Part shown: piece by piece, positions 18,132-24,339 of the stretch
Layout of the letters: each line of letters starts with the position of its first letter
Position numbering within the stretch: the first letter of the stretch is position 1
DNA from: Acidimicrobiia bacterium
Lineage (GTDB): Bacteria > Actinomycetota > Acidimicrobiia > Spongiisociales > Spongiisociaceae
Direction of reading: 5' to 3'
Assembly: GCA_041576165.1 (NCBI GenBank)
Contig: JBFGLM010000063.1
Location: 1-24,339 of the forward strand
DNA length: 24,339 nt
Translations under genes and position numbers: made by a program
The notes under the pieces: model-generated
The model's input: the letters and a program-made list of their open reading frames with translations, nothing else
Told to the model about the DNA's origin: nothing
Database searches by the model: none

Positions 18132-19072
18132 GCCGGCACCACCTCTCGCGCACCATCAACGGACTCGTCTTGGCGTGGTTCACACACGCCCGCCCGGGCG
18201 GCCTCCAGCTCGGCAGCCACCGCCAGACCGTAAAAGATGGCAATGGCGGACAGCTGCGCCCAGAGCATGAAGCCGATCACGCCGGCCAAAGGACCATAAG
18301 TATCACCGAACGATCCGCTGGCGTTGAGATAGAAAGCAAGCAGGACCGACACCGCGAACCACAGAATCACCGCAACCGCACCACCCACTGCCAGCCAGCT
18401 CACGGTCGGCTGACGGCGGTTGGGAGCAGCTTTGAACAGAAATCCGAAGGCGATCGGCAGGATCGCCAGCCCCAGTGGCCACCGCACCCAACGCCACACC
18501 GCCAAGAGCTCGTCCTCAAAATAGGGATTGAGTCCGGCGCCGATGGCAGTGAGTACGAAAGCGACCCCGATCAGTGTGCCGGCGGTGAGGGTGAGGACAG
18601 TCGCGAGACCGTAGCGCTCGAATGTGGGGCGGTCGCTGTCGACCCCGTAGATCCTCGACGCGCCTCGCTGCAACTGAGCCATGGCCGTGACGGCGCCCAC
18701 CAGCATGGCGACGCCGCCCACGATGATCGCCGTGAGGTTCCCACCTGACCCGGCAGCGGCGCCTTGCTGGAACACCTGCAGGAACATCTCGGCGGCCGGC
18801 TTCGGCGTGAGGCTCTCGATCACCGCGGCCACCATGCTGCGCAGTTGCCCCTCGCCCAGGCGGGCGGCGAGTGCCACGATGAAGATGATGCCGGGGATCA
18901 CGGCCAGCACGACCTGAAAGGCCAGGGATCGTGCGAACGAGAAGCCGTCCGCGTAGCGAAGACGGATGAATGCGTTCGAGAACAGCTTGCCGTATCCGGT
19001 CCGGCGAGCGGTCTCGGGCGCGTCGCTGCCGTCGAGACCGACGGTTTCGGGGACGTGGGTGACGGTGCTCAT
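18128..19072 (-). CDS. YihY/virulence factor BrkB family membrane protein
   Basis: About six TMs, ARSLAF...IPG, RWP, APNR and YGPLAGVIGFMLW...G. Confidence 0.9.
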   Translation of the reverse strand: MSTVTHVPETVGLDGSDAPETARRTGYGKLFSNAFIRLRYADGFSFARSLAFQVVLAVIPGIIFIVALAARLGEGQLRSMVAAVIESLTPKPAAEMFLQVFQQGAAAGSGGNLTAIIVGGVAMLVGAVTAMAQLQRGASRIYGVDSDRPTFERYGLATVLTLTAGTLIGVAFVLTAIGAGLNPYFEDELLAVWRWVRWPLGLAILPIAFGFLFKAAPNRRQPTVSWLAVGGAVAVILWFAVSVLLAFYLNASGSFGDTYGPLAGVIGFMLWAQLSAIAIFYGLAVAAELEAARAGVCEPRQDESVDGAREVVPA

Positions 19073-19956
19073 TGATCCTCCTCATGGACGCAGACTCGCA
19101 ATGCCGTTGTCTCGACTCCGAACCGCAGTGCGGTGGTGGGCGGTCGTTCTTCACCGTCCAGCTCGTACGGCGTCGGCCGGACTAGATCAATCACGACTTC
19201 GCGCCCCGAGAATCGCTCTACCGGTTCGGTTTCGGTGCCCCAGATCAGGGCCCACCCCGCCGCCAGCCACTCGCGGAGGGTTCGCGGCCGAGCCACCAGG
19301 CCGTCCAGAGCGCCGTCGGTCGGTGATGAGTCAGGAAAGATGTCGAGGCCAGCCTGGATCTGACCGAGGTTGCCGACCAGCACAGTGGTTGTGGGTCCGA
19401 GATGAACGAGTTCTCCGTCGGCGCGGACATGGCTGGGGAAACGCTCGTCGCGCAGGTGGCGCAGCGTGGTCAGGACATACGCAGCCACCCCGAAGCGCTG
19501 TTTCATCTCGCGGCCCGTGTCGTGCATGATTGCCGCATCCAGGCCTACCCCTCCCATGATGGCGAACCGCTCCCCATTGCATATACCCACGTCGAGAGTG
19601 CGGCGACCGGAGCCGAGCGCGATCTCGAGCGCTTCTTTCGTGTCGTCGGGGATGCCCAGATTGCGGGCCAGCAGGTTGCCGGTACCGGCGGGAATCACGG
19701 CCAGGGCCGCGTCCGAGCCGGCCAGGGCTTCCACACAGGCGCGCACAGTGCCGTCGCCACCGCATGCGATCACCAGTTCCGCCCCGGCTGCGAGTGCGGC
19801 CTCCGCCTGTCCCCGGCCGGGATCATCTGGGGTCGTTTCCAACCATGTGACCTCCAGTCCCCGGTCCTCGACGGCAGCCACCAGCCGTTGTGCAACTTCC
19901 TCGTCGGCGACCGGGTTGAGAACAATGGCGATCTGCTGAGTTGAAGTCATATTCAT
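19069..19956 (-). CDS. Diacylglycerol/lipid kinase family protein (YegS/DgkB-like)
   Basis: VLNP, CGGDGT, IPAGTGNLLARNLG, GVGLDA and YELDGE. ATG 19956 overlaps the upstream stop and follows a GGAGG RBS. Confidence 0.92.
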   Translation of the reverse strand: MNMTSTQQIAIVLNPVADEEVAQRLVAAVEDRGLEVTWLETTPDDPGRGQAEAALAAGAELVIACGGDGTVRACVEALAGSDAALAVIPAGTGNLLARNLGIPDDTKEALEIALGSGRRTLDVGICNGERFAIMGGVGLDAAIMHDTGREMKQRFGVAAYVLTTLRHLRDERFPSHVRADGELVHLGPTTTVLVGNLGQIQAGLDIFPDSSPTDGALDGLVARPRTLREWLAAGWALIWGTETEPVERFSGREVVIDLVRPTPYELDGEERPPTTALRFGVETTALRVCVHEEDQ

Positions 19957-20690
19957 CGCACTTCCTCCGGCTGCCTGGGTTCGACCACCCGGTCGGCCCG
20001 CAACGCCCAAACCGCAACACCGAGGCACACAAGACCCAGCAACGCACCTGCCGTGACGTCGGTTATGAAGTGCATACCCCGGTACATGCGAGACAGCGCT
20101 ACGGCGACGGGAGCCAGAATGCCGACCGTCCACGCCATCCCGCGCACGAGCCGGTTTTCGGTGTTCCACGTCACGATCAGCGCCAGGCCGAGGTACAGAG
20201 CCACAGCGGCTGCAGTGTGCCCGGACGGGAAGCTGGCCGTGGGGGGCGAGGGATCGAGTTGTTCCACTGGGGGACGGTCACGGCCGACCAGGAAGGCGAT
20301 GGTCACAAACGTGGTGACTTCGAGTCCCAAGGCGACGACCAGCATCAGCGCCTCCGGCCAGCGTCTCCATACGGCGAGGAATACTGCAACGAGAATGACC
20401 AGCGCGACGACCACCGTGAGGGTGTCAGAGAAGCCCGATCCGATGTCGGACAACAGATCGAGCGTGTCGGTCCGCTGCGCTGCGAACCATCGACTGACCG
20501 AGCGGTCGAACTCGCCGACCGAGGTCGAGGCGAGCGAAGTGACGATCGTGCCAACCACCCATCCGAATGCGACTAGTACTGCAAAGGCGGCTGCGATCAC
20601 TGCCAGCCCCCGGCCGCGCAACGGCCACGGCCCAAACGACCGGTCGGTGTCTCCGCTTCGGCTATCAGCACGAATGTCGAGCGTTGACAT
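19953..20690 (-). CDS. PAP2 family membrane phosphatase
   Basis: RDRP, SFPSGH and SRMYRGMHFITD. Start reassigned to ATG 20690, just after the upstream stop at 20698. Confidence 0.9.
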   Translation of the reverse strand: MSTLDIRADSRSGDTDRSFGPWPLRGRGLAVIAAAFAVLVAFGWVVGTIVTSLASTSVGEFDRSVSRWFAAQRTDTLDLLSDIGSGFSDTLTVVVALVILVAVFLAVWRRWPEALMLVVALGLEVTTFVTIAFLVGRDRPPVEQLDPSPPTASFPSGHTAAAVALYLGLALIVTWNTENRLVRGMAWTVGILAPVAVALSRMYRGMHFITDVTAGALLGLVCLGVAVWALRADRVVEPRQPEEVR

Positions 20691-20697
20691 GGCAACC

Positions 20698-21576
20698 TCA
20701 GCTCGTAACCGGTTCAGGGATGCGCGACGGTTCGGACACCCGCTCCGCCGGTTCACCGAACCGCATGATTCGGCCGCCGAAAGCAACGGCACAGATCGTG
20801 AACCAGGCCCATCCGACGGCCAGCCCGGCCAGGACATCGGTCACCCAATGGACGCCCAGGAGGGCCCGGGTTGCGCCGATCATTGCGGCCAGGAGTGCCG
20901 CTCCCCCGGCCAGCCAGGCCCGGGTTCCGCGACTGGCGCCGATCGACAACACGAGCGCAACCGCGGCGTACGTGGCGGCCCCGGCGGCGGAGTGGCCGGA
21001 TGGGAAGGAGGTCCCGGCCCACCCGGCGAGTTGAGCGATGTCGGGACGTTCGCGTTCGATGAGCAGCTTGAGCCCGTTGCTCACCAAGGCCTGGCCGACC
21101 ACGACCGCGACGATGAAGAGCGCTACGTGGAAGTTCCGGTGGCGGATCCAGCCGTACACAGCCGTGATCAGTGTCACGACGGTGACGACGCCGGTGCCAC
21201 CGAGGTCGGTGATCAGGTTGAGGATCAGGGTGCTCGTGTCGTTTGCGTTCTCCGCGCCCCAGACCGCGACAGATTCATCAAACTGAGCAAAGCCACGTCC
21301 TGTGTCGAGAGTGTCGAACACCCAGCCGGAAAACAACGAGAGACCGAAGACAACCGCCAGCCCAACCGTGAGAAGCAGGCCACCGGCTTTGGTGGGATCG
21401 AGGCGGCGCCGCACAAACCAGGCGAGACGGGGGTATCGGTGCAGCGTTCGTACCAGCCATCGCTCCTCGGCGTCGGGCACGATCGGATCAAAGTCCGTAG
21501 CCCGGGTAAGCGAGAGTGCTATTGCGCCGGCGGCGGCCAGCAACCCGACTATGGAAATGATGATCGTCGTCAACAC
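20698..21576 (-). CDS. PAP2 family membrane phosphatase
   Basis: KLLIERERP, SFPSGH and TRALLGVHWVTD. Start reassigned to GTG 21576 (GGAAGG upstream, directly downstream of the promoter). Confidence 0.88.
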   Translation of the reverse strand: MLTTIIISIVGLLAAAGAIALSLTRATDFDPIVPDAEERWLVRTLHRYPRLAWFVRRRLDPTKAGGLLLTVGLAVVFGLSLFSGWVFDTLDTGRGFAQFDESVAVWGAENANDTSTLILNLITDLGGTGVVTVVTLITAVYGWIRHRNFHVALFIVAVVVGQALVSNGLKLLIERERPDIAQLAGWAGTSFPSGHSAAGAATYAAVALVLSIGASRGTRAWLAGGAALLAAMIGATRALLGVHWVTDVLAGLAVGWAWFTICAVAFGGRIMRFGEPAERVSEPSRIPEPVTS

Positions 21577-21604
21577 AGGCTTCCTTCCGTTGGCTGGCCC
21601 TGGC

Positions 21605-21630
21605 CTACCCCGCCGCCCGAGCCGTAAAAC
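21605..21630 (-). promoter_or_regulatory. SigB/SigF-type promoter GTTT-N16-GGGTAG driving the PAP2-to-cls operon
   Basis: The minus strand reads GTTT tacggctcgggcggcg GGGTAG, about 28 nt before GTG 21576. Confidence 0.72.
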
Positions 21631-21691
21631 ATCCCGAATGCGCCCCCGCTGCTCTGTGAACGGTGTCCCGCCAAAAAGACTCGATTGTGGC

Positions 21692-21717
21692 GTTTGGAGC
21701 CCCGGCTGTACGGGTAG
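21692..21717 (+). promoter_or_regulatory. SigB/SigF-type promoter GTTT-N16-GGGTAG (divergent partner)
   Basis: The plus strand reads GTTT ggagccccggctgtac GGGTAG, 30 nt before ATG 21748. Confidence 0.72.
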
Positions 21718-21747
21718 GCAGTGCCGTAGACGTCGAACCGGACACCC

Positions 21748-22164
21748 ATGACCCCAGTCGATCCTCAACCCGCGTCCTCGACCGGCAACCCGCTAGCGCG
21801 TCTGGCAGCGGCTGTGATGGACCTGATCATCGGTTTGGTCCTGATCGGTCTCGGAGTTGTCGGACTGGTGCTGCCGGTCCTGCCCGGGTGGCTTCTCATC
21901 GGTGCCGGGGCCCTGGTCCTCGCCGGTCGCGTTCCCGCTTTGCGAACAGCGATCGACTGGATGATTGCCCGGCCGTGGGTCCAGGACTCACTCCGGCGAA
22001 TCGCCGCCCGCCGTCAAGGCCGGCGACCGCTGGTTCGTATGCTCAAAATGCCTGTCATCCGCCGAGCGTTGTTCCCTCGCACGCGACGACAGCTCGTCAA
22101 CGACCTGACGCAGTCCGCAGCTGCGAACGCCGGCCCCGATCCTGGAGCCGATCGTGCAGAGTGA
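21748..22164 (+). CDS. Small membrane protein, PGPGW/DUF454-like
   Basis: IIGLVLIGLGVVGLVLPVLPGWLLIGAGALVLA hydrophobic hairpin followed by a basic tail. Preceded by the promoter motif. Confidence 0.65.
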   Translation: MTPVDPQPASSTGNPLARLAAAVMDLIIGLVLIGLGVVGLVLPVLPGWLLIGAGALVLAGRVPALRTAIDWMIARPWVQDSLRRIAARRQGRRPLVRMLKMPVIRRALFPRTRRQLVNDLTQSAAANAGPDPGADRAE

Positions 22165-22714
22165 GCAACCACGGTTCGTCGATCTGAAGTGGGCACTTGC
22201 CGGCGGGGCCCTCACTGCCGCGACGCTCTTTGCTGGAATAGGCGCGGTGGGCCGCATCGGGTCGTTCGAAGCGCTCCGGCTGCTGGAGTCGGTGCTGCCT
22301 ACGGTCAGGTTCTTGACCTCGAGCGTGCTGGCCGCCGGGGTCACGGTCCTCGCGCTGATGCTCACGCTGCTGGGTCTGACGTATTCGACGCAATGGAACT
22401 TTCGGGAAGCCCACTACCGGCGCATCGTGCAAATCTCCACCCTGGCCACGATCACGATTGTCATGTCGATCGGCATCCTGCTCTTCCTCGGCATACCGCT
22501 GGAAGCCGCCGACCGTCTGCGCACCTACTACAACATCGTGTACTACGCAGTGAACGCATCGGCTTCTATCGTGGGTGGAATGCTGGTCAGCACGGTCCTG
22601 ATGTTGCTCCAGACAATTCGTGGACTGGTGGCGATCGGCCACCCGAATTCACAAAGTGATCTGATAGAAGAGGACCCCGCCAAGCCCCAAACTGCCGAGA
22701 TGGAGCAGGTCTGA
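22154..22714 (+). CDS. Hypothetical membrane protein with about four TM helices
   Basis: Four hydrophobic segments and GC-rich third codon positions. Overlaps the upstream stop. Confidence 0.75.
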   Translation: MQSEQPRFVDLKWALAGGALTAATLFAGIGAVGRIGSFEALRLLESVLPTVRFLTSSVLAAGVTVLALMLTLLGLTYSTQWNFREAHYRRIVQISTLATITIVMSIGILLFLGIPLEAADRLRTYYNIVYYAVNASASIVGGMLVSTVLMLLQTIRGLVAIGHPNSQSDLIEEDPAKPQTAEMEQV

Positions 22715-22782
22715 AGATCCCGGCGAACTACTGGATCGGTAGGACTGGGTCTCGCACCATGCCCTTATAGACTGGAAGAGTT

Positions 22783-23721
22783 ATGGACTGGTATCTGGAC
22801 ACCACCGACCGTCAGGCCATCACCTGGCTGCGTCGCGAATTCGAGGCGTATCTGCGCCGGCACGCCGATCAGGAATCCAACATCGATATGGCCGTGCTCG
22901 CATTCGCCGAGCTGGTGAACAACGCAGCCGAGCATGCCACCGGGCCGGTTTGGGTGTCCGTGGACTGGAGTACCGGTCAACCTGTGCTGTCGGTGCACGA
23001 CATGGGTCCATCATTTGAGCTTGCATCGGTGCAGATGCCGTCGCCCACCCAGGAGCGGGGTCGGGGTCTGGCGATTGCTGCGGACGTTGCGGAGCGTTTC
23101 AGCGTCCAGGCCAAAGTCGGCGGTGGATCGAAGGTCGAGGCCGTGCTGCCGGTCGAACGAATGGTCGAAGAGAGCTTCGATCCGGTTCGGCGGACGTTTG
23201 GTGTACTACCCGACCTCGAGGAGGCCGGCCCGGTCGGTTTTGGCAGAGAGTCGTTCCTGCGAGCGCTGATAGTGCAATTGGCCCAAGAACTGGAACGAAG
23301 TCAAGGCCCGGGTGTAGCCCAGGCGGCGGTGGCGCAGGTGGGCATCGACGTCGGATCGCGCATGGAAGAAGAGTTCCGGCTGGCGCGTGAGATCACCGAC
23401 CGGCTGACGCCGGAGCAAGCAGCCGAGTGTTATGTGCGGCTCAAGCACGCGATCGACGGCGATTTCTACGTATTGGAAGCCACCGAGGACCAGATCGTAC
23501 TCGGCAACCGGCAGTGTCCCTTCGGTCTGGCGGTCCAGCATGCCCCGGCGCTGTGCCGGATGACGTCCAGTGTTTTCGGGGGGATCGCCGCTCGTAATTT
23601 TGGCGAAGCTTCGGTCGTACTCGAGCAGCGGATCGCGGTTGGTGATCCTCAATGCCGGGTCGTGGTGAACATCCGACCCAACCCGGGCGAACCCGGGCAC
23701 CGCTACGTATCGCCCGACTGA
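22783..23721 (+). CDS. RsbW-like GHKL ATPase/Ser kinase (HATPase_c_2) fused to a MetOD1/V4R-like domain
   Basis: N-terminal half: AELVNNAAEHA (N box), VHDMGPSF (G1), ERGRGLAI (G2), GGGSKV. C-terminal half: FLRALIVQLA...VLGNRQCPFG...PALCRMTSSVFGGIAA...IAVGDPQCRVVV. TAGACT lies 9 nt before the ATG. Confidence 0.85.
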   Translation: MDWYLDTTDRQAITWLRREFEAYLRRHADQESNIDMAVLAFAELVNNAAEHATGPVWVSVDWSTGQPVLSVHDMGPSFELASVQMPSPTQERGRGLAIAADVAERFSVQAKVGGGSKVEAVLPVERMVEESFDPVRRTFGVLPDLEEAGPVGFGRESFLRALIVQLAQELERSQGPGVAQAAVAQVGIDVGSRMEEEFRLAREITDRLTPEQAAECYVRLKHAIDGDFYVLEATEDQIVLGNRQCPFGLAVQHAPALCRMTSSVFGGIAARNFGEASVVLEQRIAVGDPQCRVVVNIRPNPGEPGHRYVSPD

Positions 23722-24338
23722 GGCTGAGCGGTCTCGGCTCCGGAGCGGAACGCGGCGACGGCCGCTTCGACCATGTCCCGCTCCGACGGCGCTGATTCTC
23801 TGATGGCCACAGCCATGGCATTGCCGATGTGATCACCGGACACGGCGCCCGCCACCTCATGCCGGCGCTGCTGCCACGCCAGCTGGTCCGCCAGGATCGA
23901 CGGATCGGCGCACACCACCGTCGAGCTGAGGGCGCGCACTACCCAGAGCGCATCAGCGATGGGATCCCCCGTCGCGTGCGCCGTCCGCACTGCGTCAACT
24001 ATCCGGTCACATATCTCGGGCAGTCGTGGCTCGAAAATACCGATCCGCCGGGCTGCGTCGTCGGCGCCCGCCCGCGGTATCCACACCTCCATGCCGGCCA
24101 GACGCTCGAGTAACTCGCCGATCGAGCCGGCCAGCGCAACGCCGAACACCTCTGCGCGACCCGGCGCTTGGGTGAAAGCTCTGCCTCCGACGATGATCGG
24201 CACGCGCGCTTCTCGGGCGATCGAGACGACCGAGTAGGCGCGGGCCAGGTTTGCCGGCATTGCGCAGCTGAGAGCGATGACCTCGGGGCCCTCATCATGG
24301 ACGACCGGGATCAGCTGCCCGGCGGATGCGGTGCTGGG
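23703..24338 (-). CDS. Cobalamin (B12)-binding-domain protein with a C-terminal helical domain (5' end outside the window)
   Basis: The frame stays open from 24260 to the window edge: PSTASAGQLIPVVHDEGPEVIALSCAMPANL...VPIIVGGRAF, matching the 3' half of a B12-binding Rossmann fold (..V.LS...GG.AF). Confidence 0.75.
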   Translation of the reverse strand, partial: PSTASAGQLIPVVHDEGPEVIALSCAMPANLARAYSVVSIAREARVPIIVGGRAFTQAPGRAEVFGVALAGSIGELLERLAGMEVWIPRAGADDAARRIGIFEPRLPEICDRIVDAVRTAHATGDPIADALWVVRALSSTVVCADPSILADQLAWQQRRHEVAGAVSGDHIGNAMAVAIRESAPSERDMVEAAVAAFRSGAETAQPQSGDT

Positions 24339-24339
24339 C

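Noticed and set aside
15841-21627. Plus-strand ORFs 15841-16878, 17559-18233 and 20053-21627 (524 aa)
   Set aside because: They are antisense to cls, ppk2 and the PAP2 genes and have no domain signatures.
19957-21768. Extended ORF-track starts at 20169, 20837 and 21768 (similarly 7802, 8850, 9722 and 14467)
   Set aside because: The extensions overlap neighbouring genes or promoter motifs. Downstream starts give coupled junctions, RBSs or family-typical N-termini.
1-24339. Mobile element, prophage, defence system, tRNA or rRNA
   Set aside because: No integrase, transposase, phage, nuclease or structural RNA signature was recognised, and composition looks uniformly GC-rich by eye. The PLD (HKD) protein fits a cardiolipin synthase rather than a defence nuclease, and the MoxR context is membrane/ABC.

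Overview
High-GC bacterial DNA; an actinobacterial origin (possibly Acidimicrobiia-like) is inferred from gene content and promoter style, not proven. No rRNA, tRNA, CRISPR array or mobile element is evident. There are three blocks. (1) 1-11737, minus strand: a tightly coupled 8-gene operon encoding a secreted/membrane protein, an ABC ATPase, an ABC-2-type permease, a coiled-coil membrane protein with a (Gly-Gln)17 tract, a MoxR AAA+ ATPase, a DUF58 protein, a BatA/VWA protein and a large double-VWA protein. The last gene runs off the left edge and is missing from the ORF track. An ECF-sigma-like GGAACC-N17-CGTC motif lies just before the first ATG. (2) 11970-14385: acyl-CoA dehydrogenase, GNAT acetyltransferase and a hemerythrin-like protein. 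(3) 14545-24339: an apparent general-stress island with a STAS anti-anti-sigma factor, a PA2169-type protein, a GlsB/YeaQ/YmgE protein, a six-gene operon (PAP2, PAP2, DAG-kinase family, YihY, PPK2, cardiolipin synthase), two small membrane proteins, an RsbW-like kinase fused to a MetOD1/V4R-like domain, and a truncated B12-binding-domain gene. Four separate transcription units in this block carry the same GTTT-N16-GGGWA promoter motif (SigB/SigF type), which suggests one regulon controlled by a partner switch encoded in the same island.
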